This document shows positions 1 to 12,733 of a DNA stretch of 64,000 bases, piece by piece. Below the pieces are notes generated by a model that was given only the letters and a program-made list of their open reading frames with translations, made no database searches and was not told where the DNA came from. A program made the translations under genes and the position numbers. This DNA comes from Eledone cirrhosa (Eukaryota): positions 8,804,001 to 8,868,000 of the forward strand of contig OZ024749.1 of assembly GCA_964016885.1 (NCBI GenBank). The letters are read 5' to 3'. How positions within the stretch are numbered: the stretch's first letter is position 1; each line of letters begins with the position of its first letter.

Positions 1-40
1 AAGGGAGAGAAGCATGACAGATTCTGTTTCACACTGTTGG

Positions 41-100
41 ATGATAGCACAAGGTCTTCAAAATGTTTTTAAATAGACATACGGTATATTTCAACCAGTA
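41..100 (+). mobile_element. Diverged fragment related to the 310-bp HHR repeat family
   Basis: atagcacaaggtcttcaaaatgtttttaaatagacatacggtatattt resembles atagcgattaggtcttcaaaatgtttattataaacatacagaatattt in the 310-bp unit. Confidence 0.55.
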
Positions 101-377
101 CACAGAAGCCACCCGCTAATTCCAGAATCATCTGGAAGGAACGAATGCGACGAGGATCAACACAGAGATTCGTCAACGGGGAGCGGCGATCCTTTGTGTT
201 CAATCGCTAAGGTTTACTAGTGATATAGACGTTCTTCACTGCCACTGTCACCATATGCTCTCCAAAGGCGTACGAATACATAGGCCCAATATATAGAACC
301 GATCACATAATTAGGCGGTTTAATTTCAAACAGTTTGAAAGTAGCGCCAAAAAGTTCTCCATTTTGAATATAGAGAT

Positions 378-515
378 AATTGTTTCTACTTTTGGCACAA
401 GGCCAGCAATTATCCCAGTGTATTACTGGTACTTTATTTTATCAACCCCGTAAGGATGAAAGGCAAAGTTAACCTCGGCGGGATTTGAACTCAGACCATA
501 AAGGGCCGTAACTCT
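378..515 (-). mobile_element. tRNA-derived SINE, Meta-domain-like family, 5'-truncated
   Basis: Reverse strand has B box GAGTTCAAATCCC, central GCCTTTCATCCTTACGGGGT(T/C)GATAAAATAAAGTACCAG and tail GCTGGCCTTGTGCCAAAAGTAGAAACAATT; A-box region absent. Confidence 0.85.
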
Positions 516-532
516 TTGCTGCAAGAGATAAT

Positions 533-717
533 TGTTTCTACTATTGGCACAAGGCCAGAAATTACCCAGTACATTACTGGTACTTTATTTTATCGACCCC
601 GTAAGGATGAAAGGCAAAGTTAACCTCGGCGGGATTTGAACTCAGAATAGCAAGGGCCGTAACTCTATGCATCAAAGCATGGCGTCCGACCCTCTACCGA
701 TACTGCCAATCCACCGC
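533..717 (-). mobile_element. tRNA-derived SINE, Meta-domain-like family, full length with 18-bp TSD
   Basis: A box TGGCAGTATCGG and B box GTTCAAATCC on the minus strand; flanking direct repeat tttgctgcaagagataat at 515-532 and 720-737. Confidence 0.9.
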
Positions 718-1206
718 AATTTGCTGCAAGAGATAATAACAGTCGAATATATATACATATATGTTAATTCTGGGAAACTGGAATGGAGGACCTTTCTAAT
801 GATTCAGAAATCTCCACTGTTAAACTAATCGATGGGATATGGAGGAGGTGTGTCAGTGTTCTTTGTTCTCTCCTTCGAAGTCCCATTGTTCATATCTGTT
901 AACCCATTGTACTTTTTATAATAATTACAAATGAGAATCTACAGCCAGGCTACTAGAGTTGAAGGTTTTACATTGGTTTAACAAGAGTTGCCACCGGTAG
1001 ATAGAACCAGCAATGGAAACACCAATGGAAACATTGTTTCATTGGTCCAATTTGACGAGTGCCACACCACGTGGTAAGCAAATGCGGTCTGGGGCCTTTT
1101 CGATCAATCGATAAAATAAATGAAAACCATAACTGTTCTATTTTCCACAATTTTAGATTACTTGAATATTTTCTAACACGCTGACGCGTGTGTGTATATG
1201 TATATT

Positions 1207-1259
<53 letters not shown>

Positions 1260-2074
1260 ATGTGCGTGTGTATATATGTGCATGTGCATATATTTATAGG
1301 TATGAGTATATAAATATAAATGCACAGACACACAAAACTACAGACTCACAGGCATACATTCAGACAAACACACACACATTTACGCAAGTAGATACATACA
1401 CATACGCTCACACGCAGCGTTGCAAATGGAACGCCAGCCACTTTTTGCAATAGTTATTTCACCATCCCCTTCCTTCCTTCCTTTTACACACACATACAAT
1501 CGCACAAACACATACACACAAAGTGTGACGGACGGAAATCACTCAAATTATATATAGATTTTAGATAATTTTTAGACAATAAAATCACATGCCTTGGTCA
1601 TCTGACCTCTATAACTTCCATGTTCCATAGAATAACATCAACTCTGTTGTTTGTACAACGGATTGTTGGTTTAGTTGGTATGCTCCACTAGCTTCCCTTA
1701 TTTTATAACCTGTGGAGGAGACATTCTGGCTATTGTGTGCCTCAGCAATATAACTTCACCTTCACCCATCTTATAATTCATTCATATTTATATCACCTGG
1801 AAAGTTTCTAAAGACTCAGTTCTCAACATAGATTTCATTCTAATTACATTCAGCCAGATGACAATATCGTATGTATGACTGAGTCGCAAGACGTGTTTTG
1901 AGCATTTTAAACCTGGCGGAGGTCATTCCTCTCATGTTAATCGATACATCGACCTCCACTATTCAATCAACTCTCTGAAACGATCGTAAAACGATGAACT
2001 AGATCGCTACCTACACATAACTTCTGTTTTTATTATTCAAACACACAGCCTCTCTCCCTACGTTTGCCGAAAAG

Positions 2075-2211
2075 AAGTAAGTGACATGTCACTACTTTAA
2101 AACTGATAGCGAATGGTCTTCTATATATTTTTATTTAAACATACGGTATATTGCCAAATATACTATACATACATTCATATATACATCGCTATTTCAGAGA
2201 ACCAATACTAA
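2075..2211 (+). mobile_element. Fragment of a diverged relative of the 310-bp HHR repeat family
   Basis: tatacatcgctatttcagag and gatagcgaatggtcttc match the 310-bp unit; close to the reverse complement of parts of 49640-49930. Confidence 0.65.
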
Positions 2212-2227
2212 TATATATATATATATA

Positions 2228-2450
2228 TCGTCAGTCAATCGACTTTCGTCAAATCGGACCGAGGAAACAATGTTTCCATTGGTCTTTCCAATTAATAATA
2301 CTATTTATCGGTCGAAACTCCAGGTAAAAGGAGCAACGTGAAATAAAGTGTATTGCTGAAGGACATAACGCATCACCCGATCCAGGAATTGAACTCACAG
2401 CCTCACGATTTCGAATCCAATTCTCTAACTACTCAGCCACACGCCTTCAC
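2228..2450 (-). mobile_element. tRNA-derived SINE, second family (CORE-like)
   Basis: Minus strand GTGAAGGCGTGTGGCTGAGTAGTTAG (A box), GAGTTCAATTCCTGG (B box), then TGTCCTTCAGCAATACACTTTA resembling the CORE domain; second copy at 17165-17375. Confidence 0.8.
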
Positions 2451-2638
2451 TAAATATATATATATATAGCACAATATAGAGAGACGAACACAGATATATT
2501 TCTATATGCTTTCAAAACATAAGGGACAGAGACAACTAGGGTGAAGAAAATACTGACAGAAATAGTATGGTTCCCAGAATTCATATATATTGTTGAACTT
2601 GTATTGTCAAAGTTCTTTCGTCACACATTCTGTGACCT

Positions 2639-2689
<51 letters not shown>

Positions 2690-2752
2690 AAGAAGAAGAT
2701 GTAGTAAACTCATATATATATATATATATATATAAGAAGAAGATGTAGTAAA

Positions 2753-2789
<37 letters not shown>

Positions 2790-2793
<4 letters not shown>

Positions 2794-3200
2794 ATAATAA
2801 TAAATTTGAAGACTAAAATCCAAAGAGGGCTCTATAAGGATAAATATATATCAAATATATAAGAACCGTAGAGCAAATATTTATTAAAATAACAGATTAA
2901 AGTTTAAGCAAAGAATCGCTGCTTTCACCCTTAACGGGATCTTCTGAAACTAACAAAGTCAATCTGTGAACGCAGAGGTGAATATTTCAAAAAACGTTGC
3001 ACCCGGAGGAAGACAGGAAGACGATACTTTGGTTCGTGGAAACGTTCGCTGGCAAAGAACGGGAAAAAACGAAGATAATACGTCATATGTGGAGCGTGGA
3101 GAACAATTGCACGCAAAGACAAAACAACGTAAATGGTATAACTGAAGTCGTAGACTCAAATTCTAACTAGGAAACCGAATGATTCTCGGCTTCAGAGTTA
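2790..3200. repeat. Interspersed repeat family C, TA-flanked, rearranged copies
   Basis: Blocks aataataaatttgaagactaaaatccaaagagggctc and gcaaagaatcgctgctttcacccttaacgggatc recur at 17565-17695, 32316-32411 and 33550-33810 in varying relative orientation. Confidence 0.75.
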
Positions 3201-3727
3201 AGAATAAAGTAAATAAAATTCAGAGGTAATTGAAATTAAATAAATACATACACACATACATATACGTACAAACACAAGCATACGCGAAAACCTCGCCATA
3301 GGTATACACATACACGCACATATAAATATGTGTGTGTGTGTGCGTGTATACAAATAATTAAATAAACGTATATAAATAAATAAATACCTATATAGCAAGC
3401 GCACACACATAGCTACATGTAAATGCACAAATGTTCGGATACCTACGTCAACCAAAACACGAAGTACACATATACACACACCCTAATACGTACGAACCCG
3501 CATAATCACACAGACGCAAAAAAAACTTAAAAAGCTTAAAAACACACTTGTGAATAGTGAAGTTTTAATTCAACATGTGAAAAATAATTTAAGACTGATG
3601 TATGAGATTGGGAAAAAGTGAGGAGGGGGGGAAGGTAAGGAAGAGGAGGTTCTTAAATTATTTTTCATATGTTGATTTAAAACTTCACTATTTACAAGTG
3701 TTTTTTAAGCTTCATATCATGTATCCC

Positions 3728-3798
3728 TATTTTATCTGATGAGAACGCAGATATCATCCCATGATGATATTTGTTTTTGAAATGCGCATAATAAAATA
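3728..3798 (+). ncRNA. Minimal type I hammerhead ribozyme, family A
   Basis: tattttat-CTGATGA-(long stem II)-GAAA-tgcgca-TA-ataaaata. Stem I is 8 bp and stem III is the palindrome ATGCGCAT. Related copies at about 9740-9808 (-) and 26329-26400 (+, degenerate). Confidence 0.8.
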
Positions 3799-3942
3799 CT
3801 TGGAACTCTTTTAACCATCTTTTGATCTTATATTATTTATACTCCAGTCCTACAAACTGTAGAGCTACTTATCTGATATTTGCATTGCTTTATTGTGCTA
3901 CAATAAAACTCACCTTCTACATTATATATATATACAGACATA

Positions 3943-4014
<72 letters not shown>

Positions 4015-4027
4015 TATATATATATAT

Positions 4028-4375
4028 AAAGAAAAAAAGATGAAATCGAAAATGTAACTGGAGTCTTATTTTTTTTTTAAATATATATATTTATTTGGTT
4101 CCTTTACCGGTTTCGCAGTTCATCTGCTTTTCAAAAGGTGAGTTGAGATGGAGGGTCTGTGGTTTTTCAGATGTGAGAAAAACCACAGACCCTCCATCTC
4201 AACTCACCTTTTGAAAAGCAGAAGAACTGCGAAACCGGTAAAGGAACCAAATAAATATATATATTTTTTAAAAAAATAAGACTCCAGTTGCATTTTCGAT
4301 TTAATCTCTTTTTCTTTATACTTTCACTCGTGTAGGACACCTCGGTTATTTTTCATTTTGTAAAAAAAACCTCAC

Positions 4376-4382
<7 letters not shown>
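4028..4382. mobile_element. Family E inverted-arm element with an HHR-like motif in each arm
   Basis: Arms of about 145 bp are reverse complements around about 4172 and are flanked by (TA)n; motifs at 4101-4138 (-) and 4207-4244 (+). Confidence 0.85.
4207..4244 (+). ncRNA. Hammerhead ribozyme variant with U3-A8 core, family E
   Basis: cctt-TTGAAAA-gcag-aagaa-ctgc-GAAA-ccgg-TA-aagg. Stems I and II pair, stem III is the palindrome ACCGGT, and the core has both C3U and G8A. Confidence 0.7.
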
Positions 4383-4425
<43 letters not shown>

Positions 4426-4431
<6 letters not shown>

Positions 4432-7400
4432 AGCAAACGGTAAAGGTGAGAAGCGAAATCACCTTCCGAAGGAGAACCAAGTGCAGAGGGACCAGTGGAC
4501 AACTGTCCAAAGGATGAACAGAAAGAACCGTGACACTGGGAGCAAGAAAACCCAAGTAATGTGCAAGTTCTTCAGGAACAGAACCTGCTGGCATGGAGAG
4601 ACAGGGATGGGCTGCAGATTCGCTCACCCCAGGCTCCAAACGAACTATGCCCATCCTACTCGCGCAACATGCCCCAGACAAAGCCAAAACAAGCCGCCCC
4701 AGAAGCATGCTGATGTCGCGCGTGCCGCGACAACAAGGAGAAGGCACGCACATGCCGACGAGATACAGATGGCAGCAGCAGAGCAGAAACATTTTTTAGT
4801 GATGGCAGAGAAGATTGTGGGACAGCTGACCTGGCTGCATCATTTTCAGAGCCAGGGTCACCCACACCAGCACTCGAGACCACCACAATTAAGGGACCCA
4901 GAGTGGCCGCCGCTGACACCAAGCCAGGTGTCATACCGACAGCCATTACTGGCACCCCAAAAGTCACACCAGTGCTGCTGCTGAATGTCTGAGGCCTGGT
5001 GAAACTCACTAACATGAGTAAAATTTCCTACCTGCAATCAAGCATTATGCATGGCACTAACCGAAACGCACCTGACAGATACAGAAATACATATACCGAA
5101 ATATACTGTATTTCGTTCGGACAGGAAAGAGAGAACTCATGGTGGGGTTGCTCTGTATATCCGTGAAGATGTCACACCAATTGTACTGTTGACACATTCA
5201 AACTCAGTCTGTGACACACTGATAATATGAAGCAACTACAGACAGTAATATGTGTCACTTATCGGCCGCCCGATGCCCCCAGTCATGAGGGTAAATTTGA
5301 GGATAGTTTAAGTAGGATAGAAGAGGTCCTTGACAAACTGGACCAGGGTCTTAACATTCTACTGCTGGGAGACTTCAACCTGCCAAAGGTCAAATGGCCT
5401 GGGGGCCACCTCCTCCCTGGAATAACGTCAATAGAACAGAGACAGACGGAATCCCTGCTGGCCCTCACACACAGGCTGCTCATGGAACAAGCAGTACTCA
5501 TCCACAATGTAAAGGAGACACCAACAATTTTCTCGGATCATAACTTAGAAGTAATGATATGTGGTCCGAGAGAACCAACAGAGACACAACCATCAAGAAG
5601 CACCGGGATGTTATCCAGCCTTAACTTCTACAAGGCTAACTGGAAAAAGATCAACAGAGAAATCCGGAAGCAAATATGGAGCGAAAACACCGCCACACAA
5701 GACACTAACACACAATGTCAACACTTCATGACAACGATACTCACTATATGCAAAAAGTTTGTCCTGGAGAAAAAGGTATACAGACACAAAAGTCTTATTC
5801 CCAGAGATAGGAAAATCCTTATGAGATGTAGAACCAAGCTCTCAAACCAGTTGAATAAACAACAAGAAAACAAAATCAATAAGGAACCCTATTTAAAACG
5901 TGCACTACTTGACACCGAGATTGCACTCAAACTTTCCCATGAAAATGAGAGGGCAAAGAAAGAAAGCAGGGCCATAGAAAATATTAAAACAAACCCTAAG
6001 GCCTTCATTAAATTGGCAAAAGAAACTGCCTCGGTACACTACAAGATTGGGCCACTCTTCCACACAGATGGTTCATTAACCGAGAATACCCAAGAGATAT
6101 GTGAAATACTGAACGAACAGTACAAAAGTGTGTTCACATGTCCACTGAGGCATATGCAAATAACAAAGCCAGGGGAGTTCTTTGATGCCACAACACTACA
6201 TGAAGAAATGGCGACCATTAACCACATAGACATAACGGAGGAGGATGTGGTATACGCCATAGATGAAATTAGAAAAGACTCAGCTGCTGGACCTGATTGA
6301 TTCCCAGCAGTCCTCTTAAAAACATGTAAGCGGGCCTTAGCAACTCCACTGAAGACGCTCTTTAGAAGCTCCTTGGCAAGCGGTATACTACCCAGGGAGC
6401 TGAAAGCAGACACAATATGCCCTATCCATAAAGGAGGTAGCAGAGCGGAGGCCAAAAACTATAGGCCACTCTCCCTGACGTCGCATATCAGTAAGGTCAT
6501 GGAGCGAGTCGTCAGAAAAAAACTGATCACTTTCCTAGAGGAAAATGACCGCCTGACTAGCACGCAGCATGGCTTCCGCCCAGGAAGAAACTGCTTTACA
6601 CAGCTGCTACATCACTACGACTGGGTACTGAAACAACTGCTAGACAGCTCACATGTGGACGTGATATATCTTGACTTTGCGAAGGCCTTTGACAAGGTCG
6701 ACCACGGAATAATATGTCACAAACTACACGGACTCGGCATAACTGGAAAAGTAGGTGAGTGGCTGCATGACTTCTTAAAGTACAGAAGCCAGACAGTCAC
6801 AGCAAACGGGGCCCTCTCAAAGGAAATATCAATAACAAGTGGGGTGCCCCAATGGGACAGTGCTGGGACCACTATTGTTTTTGGTGGCTGTCTCAGACAT
6901 GCCCTCTGTAGTACATACAACAACATCCCTCACTAGCTATGCTGATGACATTAAGGTAGCACAAGCAATCAAAAACCCGGCTGACGCTGCCCTTTTACAA
7001 CAAGATCTGGATGCTATACACAAATGGGCGGAAGAAAACAACATGCAGTTTAATGCTGGAAAATTCCAAGCCCTACAATACAAACCTGCAAACACATATA
7101 CAGTACAACACAGTTACGCAGGACCTGGAGGGACCGATATCCCCGTGTCAAAATCGATACGAGACCTGGGTATAGACATGAGCGATGATGCATCTTTTTC
7201 CTCACACATCATGAAAGTGGCGACAATGTGCAGACGACTCGCTGGCTGGATCTTGAGGACTTTCCGGACAAGAGATCGAGACACCATGTTGACACTGTGG
7301 AGGATATTTGTCCTAAGCTGCCTGGACTATTGCTCCCAATTGTGTTCACCCCATAGTGTCAAACTAACCACGGAGCTTGAAGCAATCCAGCGAAGCTACA

Positions 7401-7920
7401 CCAAGAGGATTGCCACGATGAGGGAGACAAGCTACTGGGAGAGGCTAAAGGAACTGAACCTCTACTCCTTGGAACGAAGACGGGAGAGATACGCAGTGAT
7501 CTACATGTGGAAAATCCTGGAGGGACTAGCACCAAACTTTGGCATTGGGAGCTGGACCAACCGTCGAACAGGACGTCACTGTGTGGTGCCACAGGTCCCG
7601 TCTTCCACATCTAGAATAAGGAGCAGGTATTGCAATAGCCTGGGATTCAAGGGTCCTCAACTCTTCAACAAGCTGCCGAGGGATCTGAGAGATCTGCATG
7701 GTGTGGAGGTGGATGTCTTCAAGAAACATCTCGACACCTTGTTATCTAGGATCCCGGATGAGCCCACAGCAAGGCACGAGGGAAACCTTTGGTCAGCAGT
7801 AACAAACTTCCACTTACACCAGTGGCCAACCAATACAGGCTGGAGATAAAATGTGTAGCAACAAGGGCGGTGCCCCAGCATGGTCTCAGCCGGATGGCCG
7901 GAACAGGTAAAAGAGTAAAT
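4426..7920 (+). mobile_element. Decayed CR1/L2-group LINE (ORF1 remnant plus APE endonuclease-RT ORF2)
   Basis: CCCH-like motif CKFFRNRTCWHGETGMGCRFAHP; APE motifs YRPP, GDFN, SDHN; RT motifs NYRPLSLTS, QHGFRPGR, YLDFAKAFDKVDH, GVPQ, YADD; C-terminal LERRRERY. In-frame stop at 6298-6300 and frameshift near 6850. Tail ggcggtgccccagcatgg...aacaggtaaaagagtaaa. Confidence 0.92.
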
Positions 7921-7926
7921 ATCTAT

Positions 7927-8020
<94 letters not shown>

Positions 8021-8139
8021 ACACATATATACATATATATGTATATTTAGAGAGAGTGAGAGGGAGAGAAACAGAGAGAGAGTGTGTGTATGAGTGTGAG
8101 ACAGAGGTGATAGAGAATGAGATATTCGAGGAAAAATTG

Positions 8140-8290
8140 ACCCGAATACTGTGCTGGGACTTTTTTTTTAGCGTTACCGAAAGGTTAAAAGGTAAAGTTG
8201 TCCTCGGCAGTATCTGAAATGAGAGAGCGGCGAGAGTTGGAACAAATAACACGAAGTATACTCTATATCCGATGTTCTAACGACTCCGAC
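8140..8290 (-). mobile_element. Old degenerate Meta-like SINE
   Basis: ccgaaaggttaaaaggtaaagttgtcctcggcagtatctgaa resembles ccgtaaggatgaaaggcaaagttaacctcggcgggatttgaa of the young family. Confidence 0.55.
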
Positions 8291-8703
8291 AATTCCCTGC
8301 CTCATCACTATAATATACACTATCAGATATAAACTTAGAGGTCTAGATAATGTCACGCATTCTTTATCCATTATATGTGCCAATGTCTACATCGCCCAAG
8401 GCTTACGATATTTGCTGCAACCAGCAAGACATTTATAACAAAGGCTGTAGAAATAGCAAGTTAGCCTCACAATGAATCTGCTGGCAGCGTTAACATAGAT
8501 TTTGATGAGTTTAGTAACGGGGACGGAGGGAAGAGTCTACTGTTTTCTCTGGGTTGTTTATATATGAGAATTATTACCAGGAATTTCATGTCTTTTCTTC
8601 TATTCCTTCAGTTTACATAAACGTATGTGTGTATGTGTAATTCGGAAGGGTGTGTGTATGTGTAGGTCTTCTGCGCGGGTGGTGTGTGGTGTGTATCGAT
8701 AAC

Positions 8704-8745
<42 letters not shown>

Positions 8746-9018
8746 TAAATTAGCGAGAATCGTATTTTGGCTTTGGAATTAGCGAAAAACAACTTCCGAG
8801 ATGTGTGGCAAGCGATCAATAATTCTGACGAACCAGAGCTACAACATACGTTAAAGCCCAAACACGCTGAGACGATGGTTAAACCGTCATCCGCACAACC
8901 ATAGAAACGACCAAGTAATTCGAGTCAAACAAATAAAAAAATGTGTGATTGAAAAAAAATATATATATATATATTAATTCAAAATATTAATAAATATAGA
9001 CATTCATGTAATCAAATA

Positions 9019-9084
9019 TATTTTATTATATATATTTCGGAGGTACTGTGCTGTTTCCTCAATACGTCCTCATCAGATAAAATA
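9019..9084 (-). ncRNA. Minimal hammerhead ribozyme, family B
   Basis: Reverse complement: tattttat-CTGATGA-ggacgtattg...cagtacctcc-GAAA-tatata-TA-ataaaata. Confidence 0.75.
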
Positions 9085-9138
9085 TATAAATTGATGTATC
9101 ACGTACCTCAACTGTGCTGATGGTTCAATTCCAGTCTT

Positions 9139-9178
<40 letters not shown>

Positions 9179-9535
9179 GTATATATCTAAATTTTTATGT
9201 GTGTATGTATATTTGTGTATTTATACGTATGTACACACTTTATGTTCACCAACACACACACGAGTTCACATATATACACATACATGTATATAGAGTGAGA
9301 GAGAGAGAAAGAGAGAGAAGGAACGAGTGTGAGAAAAAGAGAGAGAAGGTGCGAATGAGAGAGATAGAAAGAGAAGGTGCAAGCGAGAGAGAAAGAGAGA
9401 GAAGGAACGAGTGAGAGAGAAATATATAAAGAGATGCGTGTGTATAGTTGTAATTATAACAAACGTTAAACTAGCTGGGCACACGAGAAGAAGGGAGTGT
9501 ATGTTTTCCTGCCGGTGGCATATCACTATATATAT

Positions 9536-9676
9536 ATAGGGAAATGTTTGACCCCGACGGCAGAGCTCAAGCTGTTTCGACGGCTATTTCTGGACTATTA
9601 CCCACTCTACTACCCTAAGTATTGAGTACTCTGGTGCGTTATGGTCCATCTGGTTCCTTACCACAATTCCTTTGTT
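9536..9676. repeat. Interspersed repeat family D, TA-flanked, often with inverted arms
   Basis: accccgacggctgagctcaagccgtttcgacggctaattctggac and tattacccactctactaccctaagtattgagtac blocks recur at 26821-27016, 39291-39463, 41046-41211 and 54209-54330. Confidence 0.8.
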
Positions 9677-9704
9677 ATATATATATATATATATATAATA
9701 ATAT

Positions 9705-10107
9705 ATAAGATCAAAAGATGGTTAAAAGAGTTCCATGTATTTTATTATACGCATTTCAAAAACAAATATCATCATGCAATAACATTTGCGTTTTCGTCAG
9801 ATAAAATAGGGAGACATGATATGAAGGTTAAAACACACTTGTGAATAGTGCAGTTTTAAATCAACATATGTTGATTTAAAACTGCACTATTCACAAAACT
9901 GCACTATTCACACATTTGTTATTCACACAAATATTATTGCATGATGATATTTGTTTTTGAAATGCGTATAATAAAATACATGGAACTCTTTTAACCATCT
10001 TTTGATCTTATATATTATTATTTATACTCCAGTCCTACAAACTGTAGAGTGCTACTTATCCGATATCTGCATTGCTTTATTGTACTACAATAAAACTCAC
10101 CTCCTAC

Positions 10108-10112
<5 letters not shown>
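9705..10112. mobile_element. Family A inverted-arm HHR element
   Basis: Divergent arms around the palindrome aaatcaacatatgttgattt (about 9858-9877). Complete HHR on the minus arm, GAAA half only on the plus arm; TA-flanked. Confidence 0.8.
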
Positions 10113-10138
<26 letters not shown>

Positions 10139-10143
<5 letters not shown>

Positions 10144-12455
10144 CAAATAACGAAACGAAATTAAATTTCGTTTCGTTTGTAACTCACTTTTGTATGACTG
10201 ACGCTCAAACAATTAAGTCAAAGATGTACATCCATATATGTATACTGAAATACTAGTATGTATATGAATACACACACGTATACATATGTAGATGTACCAA
10301 GTTTTTTTTCACTGATCACTTTACTGTGAGTGGCCAGCTATTCTGTATGTAAACACACAGACAAACCGGTTTTTAGAGTCATACTGGTTTTTGAGGAAAC
10401 ACCTTTCCTCTATTCCCCAGAAAGCCAGACAAGGAATATTGAACTAGTTTCGTTGTTGTTACAACTCATCAGCAATATTTACCTATCTTCCGGCCTCTCT
10501 AGAGAATCGTAAAAGCACATATCGCTATATGCTTTTTCTATGAAAATTAGTAGTGGGCAGACCAACTTGCATAGAGTGTGAGTAAGTACCGGTTCAACGG
10601 AGACGATAAAAACAAATAACGAAACGAAATTAAATTTCGTTTCGTTTGTAACTCACTTTTGTATGACTGACGCTCAAACAATTAAGTCAAAGATGTACAT
10701 CCATATATGTATACTGAAATACTAGTATGTATATGAATACACACACGTATACATATGTAGATGTACCAAGTTTTTTTTCACTGATCACTTTACTGTGAGT
10801 GGCCAGCTATTCTGTATGTAAACACACAGACAAACCGGTTTTTAGAGTCATACTGGTTTTTGAGGAAACACCTTTCCTCTATTCCCCAGAAAGCCAGACA
10901 AGGAATATTGAACTAGTTTCGTTGTTGTTACAACTCATCAGCAATATTTACCTATCTTCCGGCCTCTCTAGAGAATCGTAAAAGCACATATCGCTATATG
11001 CTTTTTCTATGAAAATTAGTAGTGGGCAGACCAACTTGCATAGAGTGTGAGTAAGTACCGGTTCAACGGAGACGATAAAAACAAATAACGAAACGAAATT
11101 AAATTTCGTTTCGTTTGTAACTCACTTTTGTATGACTGACGCTCAAACAATTAAGTCAAAGATGTACATCCATATATGTATACTGAAATACTAGTATGTA
11201 TATGAATACACACACGTATACATATGTAGATGTACCAAGTTTTTTTTCACTGATCACTTTACTGTGAGTGGCCAGCTATTCTGTATGTAAACACACAGAC
11301 AAACCGGTTTTTAGAGTCATACTGGTTTTTGAGGAAACACCTTTCCTCTATTCCCCAGAAAGCCAGACAAGGAATATTGAACTAGTTTCGTTGTTGTTAC
11401 AACTCATCAGCAATATTTACCTATCTTCCGGCCTCTCTAGAGAATCGTAAAAGCACATATCGCTATATGCTTTTTCTATGAAAATTAGTAGTGGGCAGAC
11501 CAACTTGCATAGAGTGTGAGTAAGTACCGGTTCAACGGAGACGATAAAAACAAATAACGAAACGAAATTAAATTTCGTTTCGTTTGTAACTCACTTTTGT
11601 ATGACTGACGCTCAAACAATTAAGTCAAAGATGTACATCCATATATGTATACTGAAATACTAGTATGTATATGAATACACACACGTATACATATGTAGAT
11701 GTACCAAGTTTTTTTTCACTGATCACTTTACTGTGAGTGGCCAGCTATTCTGTATGTAAACACACAGACAAACCGGTTTTTAGAGTCATACTGGTTTTTG
11801 AGGAAACACCTTTCCTCTATTCCCCAGAAAGCCAGACAAGGAATATTGAACTAGTTTCGTTGTTGTTACAACTCATCAGCAATATTTACCTATCTTCCGG
11901 CCTCTCTAGAGAATCGTAAAAGCACATGTGTATTCATATACATACTAGTATTTCAGTATACATATATGGATGTACATCTTTGACTTAATTGTTTGAGCGT
12001 CAGTCATACAAAAGTGAGTTACAAACGAAACGAAATTTAATTTCGTTTCGTTATTTGTTTTTATCGTCTCCGTTGAACCGGTACTTACTCACACTCTATG
12101 CAAGTTGGTCTGCCCACTACTAATTTTCATAGAAAAAGCATATAGCGATATGTGCTTTTACGATTCTCTAGAGAGGCCGGAAGATAGGTAAATATTGCTG
12201 ATGAGTTGTAACAACAACGAAACTAGTTCAATATTCCTTGTCTGGCTTTCTGGGGAATAGAGGAAAGGTGTTTCCTCAAAAACCAGTATGACTCTAAAAA
12301 CCGGTTTGTCTGTGTGTTTACATACAGAATAGCTGGCCACTCACAGTAAAGTGATCAGTGAAAAAAACTTGGTACATCTACATATGTATACGTGTGTGTA
12401 TTCATATACATACTAGTATTTCAGTATACATATATGGATGTACATCTTTGACTTA
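10139..12455. mobile_element. 469-bp tandem array (about 3.8 units) plus inverted arm (about 1.1 units); retrozyme-like
   Basis: Units start at 10139, 10608, 11077 and 11546; orientation switches at about 11927/11928; copies look identical by eye. HHRs at 10435-10479, 10904-10948, 11373-11417 and 11842-11886 (-) and 12191-12235 (+). Both ends abut (TA)n. Confidence 0.9.
12191..12235 (+). ncRNA. Minimal type I hammerhead ribozyme of the 469-bp unit
   Basis: aatattg-CTGATGA-gttg-taacaa-caac-GAAA-ctag-TT-caatatt. Stem I is 7 bp, stem II is 4 bp, stem III is the palindrome ACTAGT, and the triplet is GUU. Confidence 0.88.
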
Positions 12456-12733
12456 TATATATATATATATATATATAGTAGACCGCTCAAAATTCGTTGG
12501 ATTTTCTAATTGGATTTACTTCCACCAGGAAATCTTTCGTATCATTGAAATGTTCTTTGCTTCTTGCATTTAAATATCCCGCGACTCTCTACTACTTTTC
12601 CTCTACTACAATCTACTTAAGACCCTCTCCCTGCTATATCAAGAAGTTAACCTAATATATCCCTTCCATATACTGTACTGATTGTGTTGTTATTTCTGTT
12701 TACCTTTTACATATATATATATATATATATATA

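Noticed and set aside
533-717. tRNA gene suggested by A and B boxes
   Set aside because: The boxes continue into a SINE body and tail present in about ten copies, several with TSDs.
4028-4382. Inverted-arm elements as DNA-transposon MITEs with TA TSDs
   Set aside because: Arm lengths and end points differ between copies and between the two arms of one copy, and the arms carry oriented ribozymes, unlike fixed TIRs.
10330-10512. 60-aa ORF repeated in each 469-bp unit
   Set aside because: GTG start, antisense to the ribozyme and no motif; it recurs only because the DNA is duplicated.
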